Assembly (NCBI GenBank): GCA_030264375.1
Contig: JASCQW010000061.1
Span: forward strand, 70,169,400-70,233,399
Source of the DNA: Carcharhinus longimanus
Lineage: Eukaryota
DNA length: 64,000 nt
Reading direction: 5' to 3'
Shown: positions 38,691-52,180 of the stretch, piece by piece
How the letters are laid out: each line of letters opens with the position of its first letter
Numbering within the stretch: position 1 is the first letter of the stretch
The notes under the pieces: model-generated
Seen by the model: only the letters and a program-made list of their open reading frames with translations
What the model was told of the DNA's origin: nothing
Databases searched by the model: none
Made by a program: the position numbers and the translations under genes

Positions 38691-39919
38691 ATCTCATTGA
38701 GGGAGGGTGGAGAGTGGGCGTGTGTGGGGAGGTGGGGTAGGGGGAGTGAGAGGCATCGTGTAGCTGGAAAATAAATTCTGGGAATTGAGGAAAGCACTAT
38801 AGCAAAATTAAATGTAAGCATTGGTGATTTAAAATGTATGAGTTAGAGCACTTAAAACCAATATCGCTGCGACTTGCAATCGGTTGAAGTTAATATTCTC
38901 TGTAGTTTACCACTTTCTCATCTATAATTGTTTTAACTGCTAAGGGGAGCTGTTGATCTGTTTTGTGGCAGTAACATTATTCCTCTTACAGGTGTAAAGC
39001 CAGGAAACTCCGATGTACGTGAAACATACACCTATGCAAATGAACTCTAAGGGCTACGACTGCAAGTTTGAATTGTTAAAAAGGTTAATTATATTTGCAT
39101 GTAGCACATTAATAGCTTTAAGTGTTTGAGGGTATTGTGCCAAAATGCAAATCTCTGATCTTTTCTGTGCAATAATGGCTTAAATGCTGTAGGCAATAGG
39201 AAATTATACCTTAGGAAACGTGTACTCTGACTTTCCAAACAGCAATTACATGCATGCAGTTGCTTAAAGCTGACTGTAGATTAAACTACCAGCAGTTTTA
39301 CATTAGCTGACTGATGCCATATGGGAGGCATCTTTTACAATCAAGCCTTAAATTAATTAATGTAATCTTGCTACAAGAGGGACATTGTGCACAAGACAAA
39401 GGGAGGGAACTGGAGAAGACAGAGTGCTGGGTTCAATGGAGGAAAGGCTACGTCTGAAGCTGGTGAGGCATATTATGGAGATTAGTGTAGGCTGTGAATT
39501 AGTGGGTGTCATGCCATACTTGTGAGTCAGGCTTTTGGCTAAGATGAAGCTCAGATCAAGAACTGGAGGGGGTGTAATGCTTGCTCCTATCAACTTGGAT
39601 CTTGTTGAATGAGCCCAAGACAGGAAAAGTGGAGTCTGTTTTGTCAGCGTGGATCTGTAATGTCTCTCTTGGAGGGACTTTGATTGGACCAATTTGGTCT
39701 TTGATTGGATATAACTGAAAAAAAGATATCCAGAAACATTTACACCCTTCACTTTTTCCTCCATCTCTTGGAGACTCTACTCATCCATCCTTGGCTTACA
39801 TTACTCTTTCCTGCAGATTTATCACCGCAATCTGGTGATAAATGGAGGTGTGATTAGGCAACTGTAAAGAGGAGAGAGACCATGAAGAGGAGGAGCAGGG
39901 GGCAAAAAAAATTCTTTCT

Positions 39920-40270
39920 GGTGGACGAGATTATGAGAATGGGACAATTGCACTTTTTGGTTAATACAAATGATGTGGGTGTACAAGGCATCCTTTCAAA
40001 GTTTGCAGGTAACACAAAAGTCAGAAATCTAGTGAGCAATGAGGGGGAGGACAATAATAGGCTAACATGGATTAGGAAAATGGGCAGACACATGGCAGAT
40101 GAAATTTAACAGAGAAGCAAGAAATGATTTGATTTGGTGGGTAGAATGTGGGGAAGCAATACCAATGAAATAGTTCAATTTTAAACAACGTGCAGGGGCA
40201 AAGGCACCTGGGCACATAGTTGTTTGAAGGCTCATGGTGAGTTGAGAAGACTGTTAAGAAAGTACAGAGA
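39920..40270 (+). mobile_element. CR1 RT fragment
   Basis: LFLVNTNDV..ILSKFAGNTKV (FADDTK motif). Confidence 0.7.
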
Positions 40271-41194
40271 ATCGTTGGCTTTCTAAATAGATCAGCAGGG
40301 CGGGATTTTTCGGTTGTGCTTGCCCCTAAACCAGAAATCCTATCCGAGGTCAACAGACCTGTGCGGGAAAATTCTCCTCATGGAGTTGGATTTACTGGAG
40401 GCGACAGGAATCTCGGATGCTGGTTGTGAGCCCCATTCCATATTTTTAGGAATGCCTGCTAAATGGTGTGTGTGTAGCTCTCAGTGGGTCGTCCACCACA
40501 ATCAAATGGCCCGGGGGCAGAAGCCCCACCTGCCAAGAGCTGCCAACCAATCAGAGGCTGAAGCAGTCCTGTACTCTGCAGCACCATAGGGGAGGAAGTG
40601 ATGGCTGTTGTTGGTGAGTGTGTGGGGTGGAGGGTTTGCAGGGTGATGGTCGTCTCAAGGTGGGAATCTTGTGGGGGAAGAATGAGGTGTGTAGACATCA
40701 GGGCCAGGTAGATGCATTTCAGGAGGCTCTTGTCACTCACACACCTTTCTCATTGCTGGGTTCCTTGATCAGGTCCTGAATGGGTTTGAATGAAGGGCTC
40801 CTCTGCAAGTCCAAAAGCAAACCTTGTTGTGCTCTATACAGGACGAACTCTCATCCTGCCACTAGGTTAATACCAATGGCCCAATTTTGAGGCCCTTAAG
40901 TGAGCATTAAATTGGCTAGTTAAGGATCTCAAATGCCGGTGGAACAGGAAGAGCATCCATTGTTTAAGCAAGGTGATTCTGCTCTCACCCAACATCAACA
41001 CATGCACACAAGCCTGCAAGTGACTCAGGAACAGAATCTGGCCAGCTATATTCCTACCTTCCTGACCCTTGGGTTCTGAAGCCCACTGATGTCTTCCTAT
41101 TGACAAACTGACAAGATATATTGAAAGGCATCTGAAGATGTTCTAGCAATTAAATTTTTAACATCTTCACTTTCACTTAACTGTTTACTCTAAT

Positions 41195-41488
41195 TCAAGG
41201 TTACAGGAAGTCGGAGCCTATCCCAACAGACATTGAGTGCTAAGCAGGATACATCCAGAAAGGGATGCTAGCCCATCACAGTCACACATTTTCACACAGA
41301 TAAACTAAGGGGCAACTTTACAGTAGCCAATCAAGTAACTTGCACATTTTTGGACTGTGGGAGGAAACTTGAAAAGAGGAAAGCAGGAAGTAGAGGACAA
41401 CTCCATACTGACGCCCAAAGCCAGAATGGAACCCGGATCCCTGGAGCTATGAGGCAGCAGCGCCAACAACTGTGCCACTGTGCCTCCC
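41195..41488 (-). mobile_element. V-SINE with a third, teleost-like tail
   Basis: HE1-like head and V-domain; tail ggagcctatcccaacagacattgag..gcaggatacatccag..cccatcacag differs from types A and B. Confidence 0.6.
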
Positions 41489-42361
41489 GATATTTAAGGT
41501 GCGAAGAGGAATTCAAGAAGTTAATTTGTTTTGAACAGATTAAATAGAGTGAGATAGATGACATTCAACTAAAAATTATAAAAATTAGCAATAAAATGAA
41601 GGATTAGAATCCCGCAGATGAAATAGAAGGAAAAGATCCAAAAGTAAAATGGGATAGATATGATTTAAGGTATTTTGTCAGTCGGGTTGTGCACATCGAA
41701 GACGCAAATCTTCGAAGGTGAGAAAAGATAAGAAGAGGTTTGACGGCAAAGTAAAACTGTGAAATAAGAAAGGAAGTAAGTGGCATTGTGAAAAGCATTT
41801 TAAAGACTGTGACAATATATTCATGTATGACAAAAAGGAAAAATAATAAGACTTAAATATTAATGGCTAAATGAAGAATTCAAAATGGTTATCAATGGCA
41901 GTGTCTTAAATAACACAAGAAAATATTTTAAAAAATGAGGCCTGGAATTAACCAAAAATCATTGATGTTAAGTAAATAAGCATTGGAAGAGATAAGAAAG
42001 TAGGCAAAATAATCCATACATTGAAGCAAAAATCTATTTTAGCTATATTAGTTGAAGATCGCATATTAAAAATCAAATTGTCCTTTATGAGGTAAGTTTG
42101 GAAAATATATTATTGAGCAGTAGATGTCTTCAACAAATTCTTCTCGCGATTCTTCAAAAATGAGACTGTGGTCTGTTCTAGGCTCAATTGTTTCAGGCAC
42201 AAAAATTTGGAACATGGATGTTGGTTGGTAAAGAATGAAGAAACATGAAAAAATAAAGATGGCTAGACCAGGTGTGAAACACCTGAAAATCCTTTATTTA
42301 GCAAAAGAAAGATAAAATGGGTGAGGCGCTAATTAATATTTTATGAGCACAAAATACAATG

Positions 42362-43140
42362 GCCCAGATCTTCCTGTCTCCAAATATTCATACCCTGTAG
42401 ATATCCTGGAAGATGATCCCTTGAACTGAATACAAGTGAACTGTCTGGGAAGTTCAATCACTCTGCGTCTGGAACCCTCCAAAACTCTGATTTAAAATCA
42501 GAGACTTGGAATGGTTGTGACTCACTCAGCAGTATTATTACCCAGGAGAAGTTAGAAGGATTAAAACCAGTTCAAGCCCTTGGATAAATATATTAATGAA
42601 TGCCTGACTCCCCACTGGACTCCTGACTACCTGCCCCTGACATCACCCCCATCTGCAGCACTCTGACCACCCCATTATCTTCCTAACCCTTGAATACACC
42701 CCAACTCCCAATTTCCTGACCAATTGACTACACCAGACCTCCAACTCCCTCAACAAACTGACCATTCCCAAACACCCCCTGAATATCCCTACCCTCTGAC
42801 TATGCCTCTCACTCCCGACCACCAAATTATACCCCAACTGCTGGCTATGCCCCCCACCCCCCCAAGCTGCCATCTTCCAACTTTTGCACTGTGGGGAATC
42901 TATGATTCATTCTGATACTCCCATTCCCAGCTTAACCTTCCCCGACTGACACCCAGGCTACCAAACCCTGGTTATCATCCAATCCCAACCTCCAATACCC
43001 CCTGGACCCATCCTCACCCCTCACCCACTTACCTTATGCACTTACCTTCTCTCCCATGTCAAACCATGTCAAAGTGACTTTTAAACAAAGAGACATTGAT
43101 AGTTACCAGAATACGATGTCTAGTGCTGTAAAAAGGGGCA
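42362..43140. mobile_element. C-rich MITE-like repeat (related elements at about 44340-45330 and 48000-48540)
   Basis: Starts GGCCCAGATCTT; strongly C-skewed interior mirrored by the G-skewed 44570-45170 region. Confidence 0.4.
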
Positions 43141-43879
43141 TGATTTGGTTTCCTCTGATTCATAATAAGAACATAAGAAATAGGAGCAGGAGTAGGNNNN
43201 NNNNNNNNNNNNNNNNNNNNNNNNNNNNNNNNNNNNNNNNNNNNNNNNNNNNNNNNNNNNNNNNNNNNNNNNNNNNNNNNNNNNNNNNNNNNNNNNACCC
43301 AAGCTGGGAATCGAACCCAGGTCCCTGGAGCTGTGAAGCAGCAGTGCTAACCACTGTGCTACTGTGCCGCCTTGGTCTTATTAAATTATGATATTAATAA
43401 TGAAGTGATATGATATTTTAGTCATTCCAACAGTTGCTTGGCAGTACAGAGTTTGAATATTGCTGAAGTTTTTTGTCCTGGACTCACCAGGACAAATGCA
43501 AGAATGCCGAGTTTCAAACAATCACAATTGACACTGCAGGAGAAAGGAATGCTGATTGGCAAGTCGCATCTGATTTGCCAAGATATTGCCATGGAGACAG
43601 CAGTGGGGATCTGAGGGCTCCCAAACTCCCAGGAAATTCAGAAAGGTTCATTTCATTTGTAGTGAATGGGTACCTGAATATGAATGCAAATGTAAATGAG
43701 TCACATTACATGGCCAAATATGAGCAGTGGGATTAAGACCAATGCAGTACTTGTAATGAAGATTAAATTAATCAAGTCATAGAGCTGCTCGTGATTCAAA
43801 ATATCCCAGACACACCATGGGCGGATTTTACATCCTTGCTTGGTGCGAGACATGTAAAATCCCACCTGAGGCCAACAGA

Positions 43880-44345
43880 GAATTAAACTGACTACCTCAT
43901 CATAGTCATTTCCACTATTGCGAATTAAATCAGCTGGTGGGTCAACAACTACCAGTGAAATATTAGAGTACTGAAAGCACAATTCAGTCATCATGGCATT
44001 CAAGACATCATGATGAGCAACAATGACCCTCAATTCACCAGTGAGGAATTCAGACAATTCATGAATAATTGGGAAATTTAACACCATACATCAGCTCCAT
44101 ATTATTCCCAGTCAAATGGAAAAGCTGAGACAGGGACAAAAATTGCCAATATCATTATCAAAGAGTTGATTAGATCCAGCACAGCTGTGTTTAAGGCAAA
44201 CTCAGAGTAGAGAAACACAGCTAATGAAGGTATGGTAAGTGGTCCAGTCTAACAACTGCACCAAAGCTAAAAATCTACTGAAGCCAGAAGTAATAACAGG
44301 AGTGAATGATGACATCAAAGTGGACTGTCAGAAAAATCAGATTGC
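43880..44345 (+). mobile_element. Gypsy integrase core fragment
   Basis: LKAQFSHHGIQDIMMSNNDPQFTSEEFRQFMNNWEI*HHTSAPYYSQSNGKAE matches the rve SDNGPQF..PQSNGKAE signature; has an in-frame stop. Confidence 0.9.
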
Positions 44346-45825
44346 CATTCTGCTCCAAGTTTCCTACCTAGAAATCTAGCCTTCCCTTTTTACCTCACCT
44401 TCCAACTCAGGCTGTTGAGAACTGTGCAATGCTGCAGGTTCCCAAGGCCTTCAGTTTAGAGGGGGAGAGTCAGAGGTAAGGAAGGCACACCCCATTTCTT
44501 ATGGCGCTCTCTGTCCTAACAGTTTAAGTTTAGAGATTCAGTCACTTTCAGAAGCAAGGGAAAGGTAAGTTTGTAAGGTAAATAGGTAGGATTGGGTGGA
44601 GTGGTTGGTTGATCAGGATGGGTTCGATCAGACAAGGGAGGTGTTGGTCAGTCAGAGGAAGGGTTGGGGATCAATGGGGCGTATTGATTGGGGAGAATCA
44701 AGATAGTAAGTGGATGGCTACTCATGGGAGTTGGTCAGGGGAGTCAGTCGAGGGAGTGGGAGGTGGTTGGTGTTCAGAGAGGCGGGGATTGGGTGGTTGT
44801 TGAGAAAGGGTCAGCCAGAAAAAGTTGGCCAGGAGGACATTGGGTGTTTGGGGCTAAGTGCTTAGTGGGGTAAGGTTTTGTCACTCGTGATGTCAGGTGC
44901 TCAGTTGGAAAGGGGGTTAGTTTGTCAGTGGACAAGGTCAGGCGGATGGGACTCAGTTGAGAGGAGGTTGGCCAGTGGGTTAGGAGGACAGTTCGGGATG
45001 GCAGTTGAATGGTCAATGGAGTGGCCAGAGGGAGGGTCAATTATTCAATGGCGTTGGTCAGGGGAGACAGGGTGGTCAGTTGGGGATTGGGTGTTTAGTA
45101 GGAGAGTTAGGAGTTGGGTGTGGTCCGTGGGGGGAGCTTTTGGGGCACGAGTAGGTGGTCTAGAGGTCTAAGTGGTCTAAACCTCCCATCGGAGGTTTGA
45201 ACTTCCCGAGCAATTGCCAGGCATTTTTTGCTTGGGGATTTCCTGGGAGGTATTTCCCAGCTCATCTTTGGATGCCCCCCCCACCCCTCAACTGTTACAA
45301 CACCCCAGAGCTTGAAAGTTACTGGTCAAGGACAATAGGCCGCCCGACTCCTTGACTCCAGAAAAAGCCAGGAACAAAGGAGGACCAGTGAATCTTATTC
45401 TACAAAGAGGGTACAATGGACATCCTCAGTTCTGACGGTACCATTATAGTTTTGACACTATTATTATGGATTGCCCTCTATTGTGTGCCAAGAGTCAGCT
45501 ATCACATGGTAGAAACCACATTTGTGAAAGGCTATGGTTATGAGTGATATTTGTATTACAACAGGAGTCCACAGAATCTACAATTAACATCAGAGAGAAG
45601 GGCGCAGAATGTAAGATCACCTCTCTCATTCTTCTGTTCTCTCTCTCTCTCTCACTCTAAGGCTCAGCACCTTATCTCTGATACATTTGGAATGTATCAC
45701 AGGTATACAGAAATATTTGATTGTANNNNNNNNNNNNNNNNNNNNNNNNNNNNNNNNNNNNNNNNNNNNNNNNNNNNNNNNNNNNNNNNNNNNNNNNNNN
45801 NNNNNNNNNNNNNNNNNNNNNNNNN

Positions 45826-46178
45826 AGCAGAAGAAACGTTTCAAAGACACACTCAAGGCCTCTCTGAAGTCGCTTGACATAGACACGATCACCTGGGAAA
45901 TGCTGACATAAAACTGCCCCACCTGGCGCTGTCTCATCCGCAAACGCTGTCAAGCTTACGAAGCAAGGTGTATTGCTGAAGCACAACTTAAGCGCAAGTT
46001 GCACAAATCCAGAGCCACCAGTGCAACTACTACAGTGTCTACACAAGTCCATCCATTATGGGCCAGGACATTCCATGCCCGAATTGGTCTGATCAGTCAT
46101 CTTCGGACACACTGCAACCAGCCTCAAAATGACTAATGGTGTCAAGGTCCTCATCGATGACAATGGACGAACAACAAT
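45826..46178 (+). mobile_element. RTE LINE 3' end after an N-gap
   Basis: QKKRFKDTLKASLK..RTFHARIGLISHLRTH; tail ggacgaacaacaa. Confidence 0.9.
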
Positions 46179-46960
46179 TGTTCAGGTCCAAGAATAATTA
46201 GTACTTGTTAATTGGTTTCAATATTGACCGTACTAGCACCAAATAAAACTTTCTATTTAATAACCGGAGATTTCATCATAGCTGCAAAACAAGTACTACT
46301 CATAACACCTGCAACTTGTGCCTGTTAAACTAGTGTCCTCCTATTAAAAGTTTACTGCTTTTTAAACCCACTTTTTAAATGTCTCCTTTTCCCACGCTGT
46401 TCTTGACCCCCATTTAGTTTCACCTAAGCCCTTTGCCCAACCGAAGCAATTCAAAAGTGTACAAGCTCAGCCCAACTCAAGCCACAAGAGGAGGAAATGT
46501 TACACAAGCAACAGTCCTAATAGTTCTTCCGTCTTGGATCATGATTCAGCAAAATCAAAAGTGAAAGGGGATTTTTTTTATATAAAGTTGTGTGCATGTT
46601 AGAACTCCAGTGGCAAAATTAAAAATACTGCGAAGCTTTGCAAACTGCCTGGTTCACAAAGAAAAGCAGCTTATGTCCCATTTTAAGAGGCCAACTGTAA
46701 TACACTTGTACAATACATGCAGGTAATGCAGAAGTAATTCTATGGACTTTAATACAGCATAATCAAAATAACATTCTTGTTGATGACGCAAATTCAATCT
46801 ATGTTAATGGACTCTATTTTCATGCAGGTTAGTTCAGATTTATTATTTGCATCTAATTCAACTACATTTTACTTAGCTAATTAGTTTTAGTTTGAAACTC
46901 CCATAGTTAAAAATATCACACATAACTATCATGATCATCTCTCAAATACCTCTGTTTCAG

Positions 46961-47143
46961 GTTGAAACACCTATATCTCCAGTCTGCCCTATTAACCCCA
47001 ACCTGACATTAAGTGCCAGAGCCCACTGGCTTGCCTGTGCATCACCTTCAGCAAATGAGAATCCTCCTTCCATCCCAGTAACCATCATTAAAGGGATTTC
47101 TCCAAATGACAGAAGCAGCAAATTAGGAAACAGTAACTTCAAC
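46961..47143 (+). CDS. Candidate coding exon, Pro/Ser-rich, unidentified
   Basis: ctctgtttcAG acceptor; 61 open codons VETPISPVCP..GNSNFN; donor GTGAGA (alternative GTATGA after 47159). Confidence 0.45.
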
Positions 47144-47504
47144 GTGAGAGTTTCAAGCGGTATGAAAATAGCCCTTGCGGTCTAAATGCACTGTTTATGG
47201 AAATCTGCAGAAGGGAAGAAAAGGCCATCTGATTGGCATCACAATTTCTTCTTAGCACTCTTAATTATTGTTGGTTTGAGCAGTTGCCCTCCCTTGCCAT
47301 CTCTCTCTCTGCTCTCCCTCAGTGCTGCTCTTTTTGATTGTAAAGTCTTGACACTATTTTTGATGGTGCATTGATTTTTTTGGTCACAATTGGGAATTGC
47401 TTCTAATGTATTGATGATAAGTGAGCAGGCCTTCAGGGAGGCTTTGAGATCATCTTTGCAACTTTCACGTCAAGAGCCAATAATGAGCAAACCAGTCGAT
47501 GATC

Positions 47505-47813
47505 ACAGTGGTTATCACCGCTGCCTCTCAACACCAGGGAACCGGGTTCAATTCCCTGGCTTGGGTCACTGTCTGCGCAGAATCTGCATGTTCTCCCTGT
47601 GTCTGCCTAGGTTAACTCCAGGTGGTCCGGTTTCCTCCCACAGTCCAAAGATGTGCGGGTTAGGTGGAGTGGTCATGCTAAATTGACCCTTACTGACAGG
47701 GGATTAGCAGGGTAAATATGTGAGATTATGGGAATAAGGCCTGGGTGGGATTGTTGTCGGTGCAAGTTTGATGGGCCTACTGGCCTCCTTCTGTACTGTA
47801 GGGATTCTATGAT
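47505..47813 (+). mobile_element. HE1-type SINE, tail type A
   Basis: B-box GGTTCAATTCC; tail gtagggattctatga. Confidence 0.85.
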
Positions 47814-49426
47814 CAGCCTAACATTTGCAGCCATAGCTATGGCACATCATATGCATATATTTTCAAACTCTGGTCCCAACTATATACATAGTTAAGAATT
47901 TTAATAAGAGGTATTTGTACAAAATGAAGTTTTCTTATTGCACCTGAACATTCTTGCAGTGACAATCAGTAATGGATTGCCACTTCAATTTCAGTTACTC
48001 ACCCAAAATCCTGCCTTGCTGGATCTTCAACCCAAGGCCAGGCAAAAGTAGTCTGGTACAGTGTGCTCCCGGAGCCACAATGTTGAGTGCAGTTTCATCA
48101 AAGAAAGGGAAGCCATGCCCCCTTTTTTTAAAAGTAGCACTGAGGGGTAAGAGTTAGGTCTAATGGGAAAATAATTGAGGGAGTCAGAGTTCCAAGAGAA
48201 GGGTTTTGGGGTGACCAGTAGGACATGCTGGAGGGAATTCCCTGGGGTTCGTGGGTGTGGGGCAGCTCTGTGGGGCATTGGTGTGGGCCTGTTATCCAGC
48301 TGCTAAGAGAGATTTTTACTCTACCTTTTCTAGGTAACTATTGATGTAACCCAGTTGGAACCATCCAAAGTTTGCAATTTATATCACATTTTTGGATGGT
48401 TCCAATTGCAGGACATTTGTTCAATAGAAATTTGCACTTCCTGTGCAATCCTTGGCTGGGGACTTCCAGGTGAGGTTTCCCAACATATCTTGGCATAGCT
48501 TGCAGTTTAAATACCACAGAGCTTGGAAAGTAGGGGCCCAAATTTCACCTTGATAAAGTGGTCAAACCATTGCCAAAGCCCTTAAAGCTCTCAGTACTGG
48601 GGATCTCAATGGATTCTTCTCTCCTTAGCACAACACCAGGTGCCTGCCCCCCGTCCCCTTACCCCTATCCCAGGTGCCTGTAAGAAACCCTGTACAGGTT
48701 TGTTTGTCACGCTCACTACATGGTGAGCCCCCCCGCATTTGCATCTGGGTAAGCACTTGACAGAAAAATGTCAAGGTCCATGGGGTTCACCTTATACTCT
48801 CCTTGTAGCCACAAGACACAAAAATAATGGAACTGTTGATTGGAGGGGTTGTGGTTTTCTTGTTTGGCTAGACAGCTAACAGTTGGATTAGATTAACACC
48901 AACAATATGGATTTTAATCTCCATTCTAGCTAATGTAAGTTCAGAGTTTGCCCCATCCCCCTACCCATAGTAAAAAGTCACAGCAATTGCAGTGATTTGT
49001 TGATTAATTGTCAAGGACCTACCTTCAGGCAGAGAACTTAGGAAATACCAAAATTACCTGTCTGTACCATTCCCCCATTCCATAGACTGGCCACTCACCG
49101 AAATAGTTCCCGCAAACCAGTTTTGTATTCGCCCTCCCCGTCACAATCCCCCACCACCTCCACTAAACCCTCCTCCCCACCCTCTCTCTCCATTGCCTAT
49201 GGGCATCTGGATTACTAATCCAGTGACATTTCTGCCATGCTACCACCTCCTCACAATAATTACAATATTAATAAATACACAATGAATCCATCAAAAGCCA
49301 ATGAAACAGTCCAGGATACCTGGATCAGAATTCCAGCTAGATGAGCCCACTTGTTCTTTAGTTGAGGCACTCCTCCAGGCTTGATGTTTGAGCTGTCAAA
49401 TTATTATGAATAGCATTACATTCAAG

Positions 49427-49458
49427 TGCTTAAAATCAAAGAGAACACCCGAAAAAAG
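49427..49458 (+). CDS. Candidate 32-nt exon (CLKSKRTPEK)
   Basis: Strong donor AAG|GTAAGA, weak acceptor; phase-compatible with both neighbouring candidate exons. Confidence 0.25.
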
Positions 49459-49720
49459 GTAAGATTTTCTTTTGGAAAATTCAGCTTATCCAACAAACTA
49501 TTTCTTTTAAATATGTTCAATTCTATGAAGCTGAATGGAGCATATACTTCATTCGATCACAAAAACCATCGATGCACCTGTGTTTATGGTTTGTATTCAT
49601 AAACATTCTTCCGAGGACACAGATACATTGTAATATATGTATCTCTAAGGAAGGCACTGTAGGCTTCCTTAGTATAAATATCACTCTGAGTGTGTTTATA
49701 CAACTGAAATACATTTTCAG

Positions 49721-49804
49721 CCTTGCATCATTCATCAAGCCTTTGAAAGCAGAGAATCCGTTAATCATCAGGATTTATGACAACCCTCGACTAGGCAAAA
49801 AGAG
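49721..49804 (+). CDS. Candidate 84-nt coding exon (LASFIKPLKAENPLIIRIYDNPRLGKK)
   Basis: attttcAG acceptor, consensus GAG|GTAAGT donor, open in phase 2-2. Confidence 0.5.
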
Positions 49805-50599
49805 GTAAGTTTTTTTTAAAACGTATTTCTGTGACGCGATAGAAGTTTCGCTGAAAATTCAGAAGGGTCTGCAGAACAAAAGGTCAGATAAAGGTGAACT
49901 TATTAGTGTGGAAACAATTCTTGGAGTAAGGAATTCACTCATAATACAGAATTAATTACCAGGGATTATCATAATAAAAGTTGTGAGTTCAACAAAATTA
50001 TGGGGATCTAGAAAGTAATGGGAACCATCCAAACCAACTGAGTGTCTTTGGTAGTGCGCTAAGATGTAATCCCTGTCACTGAGGCTGTAAGTTCTGATGA
50101 CTTAGAAAAACAGACAGGGTGTTAGCAATATAGCCATCTGGTAATGCTTCTCAAGCACAGCTGTGTTAATAAAACATTTTCAAATGCAAGATAAGGAGCT
50201 TCTAAATTTTATGATTTAGAATTCTTTCTGAATAGTTTGTTCAATAAAAGCACACAAAAAGGTTAAATTGTTTTTTTAAATGAAGGCATTAAATAAGTGG
50301 CTTCCACAGAAGTGTGTTTGGAAAAGATCCAGTGCCTGGCTCTATGATTGTTTTAGTCTCTGTTTACTGTTGGAAATCTGAATGGTCACATTTTAACTCT
50401 TATCATTACAACATGGAGCTTCCCCTTGGTTGTGCTGTTTTTGTCGGCACAATTTGCCCAAAATCAGCCAACCAAGCACACAATGAAGTGTTTTTCGAGA
50501 TGTTGTGGTGAGTTGCTGGGTTTGACAGTGTTGCTGCATTAACACAGGGAGTGAAGGGGATCTGGTTGTCTGTTATATCACTTACGGGTGCTGTAGTTA

Positions 50600-51850
50600 C
50601 AGTGTCTTGGGCTCTTTAGCACAACACGAGATGGAGTAGAGAGGGAAAGCTCTATGCAATGCCCTCTTTCAACTTGGACTTGGACTCATCCATTCACTAG
50701 TGACAGGACGCTGCCTGGCAGGTCAATCACTGCATCTCAGTGTACATGCTCATCAGTGTTCTCCTGTATGTTACTCCATCAGGGTTCTCATTCGAGTCCC
50801 CTGTAACAGACTTTATCTTCAACCTCGCCTTGGTGAGGTGATAACAAAATCATCCTTCAACTTTGGATTGGTTGCAACACACTCACATTGACATCAACTC
50901 TCCACTTCCTTTAAGATACATGCGGTACCAATATCAGAACTGGTGGCTGTGCGTGTCAGATCAAATGACAGTGCCTCTTCCTCAGTGTGAATAAAATTCT
51001 CTCAAAAATGGTGCTATTGTCAAACAGACTTTCACCTTGCTGAGATTAACAGCAACTCTCTGACACCTCTTCTTGCATCTATCTTTACCACAACCTCACC
51101 TGCAAACATCACAGCATCGTTTTGTCACTGACCTCATCGAGTCAAGTGGCCATCCACCACCAAACAGGGGCCCTCCAGGCCTTAGGTCTCTCGAGGACAC
51201 CCACCAATGTCAGCCAAGACAACAGAGAAAACTGGTCAGCAGCTGCCTGTACTCCTGCTGCGGATACTGAGGGACCATGTAGATGAGGAGATAGGAAATG
51301 AAAGATTAGGAAGGTTGCAAGAGCGTGTTATAATTGTTAGTGTTCTTACACTTCGTAAATAGACTATATTTGCACGTTAATGAGACCTGATGTGGTTTTA
51401 TTGCGATTCATGGTCATTAAGCCTGTGCAGTCAATGCCCCCAACCCGTTCTTTTGTCCAACATTCGTGGCTGCAAGTGCAGTTCCCGGATCCTTGGTCGC
51501 TTGGTCTTCCACCCTTTGCAAGCTGCTCCAGGTTTTCCAGTGAGTGCCTACAATGTGTCCACACTACCATGGTCTGGATGTGTTCTGGACTGGCATAATG
51601 TGCTGCTGGCAGTGTGGGTATTTGGATAGAGGGGACAGTTCTGATTGGAGCTCCATCTCCATCCCATGCAAAACAGGTTCACACCAGTCTCTATTGGGAA
51701 TGGTGACCTGTCATGGCATCAGGACTGCACATTCCCACATATCAGTGGAAACCCGGAGGGTTCCTGCTTACTTTTGGTTGTGCTGCTGTGGAGCAGCTGC
51801 TCCTTCTGTAGTCACAGAGGATGAAGTTAAAGGGGTCATGAGTAAGGGGG
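50600..51850. mobile_element. Possible Harbinger transposon relic
   Basis: Minus ORF 51364..51570 contains VGGIDCT, resembling the Harbinger GAIDCTH catalytic motif; otherwise highly degraded. Confidence 0.3.
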
Positions 51851-52180
51851 ATTTTTTAGTCCTTCTATCACCCCAAGCTACCCTTCATTTAGTATGCTGC
51901 TGTTTGAACTGAAAAATCCCAACCTGTTTCTATCTCCACAGATCATGCCTGACCTGCTGAATATTTCCAGCATTTTCTTCTTCTACTTATTGAGCATCTC
52001 TCATTAACCCAAGTAGAACATGTTTTTTTTTGAATAGATGTAATAGTTTGATACAACTGAGTGTCTTGATTGACCAAATCAGAGGGAAGTTAAATGTAAA
52101 CTATGTTATGGTGGGACTTGAGTCAAATATAGGCCAGGTTGAATAAGAATTGATTTCCTTCTCTCAAATAATCTTAGTGA

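Noticed and set aside
46957-47142. Minus-strand hydrophobic ORF (KLLFPNLLLL..)
   Set aside because: Antisense shadow of the + strand candidate exon; bounded by stops inside its own splice-like limits.
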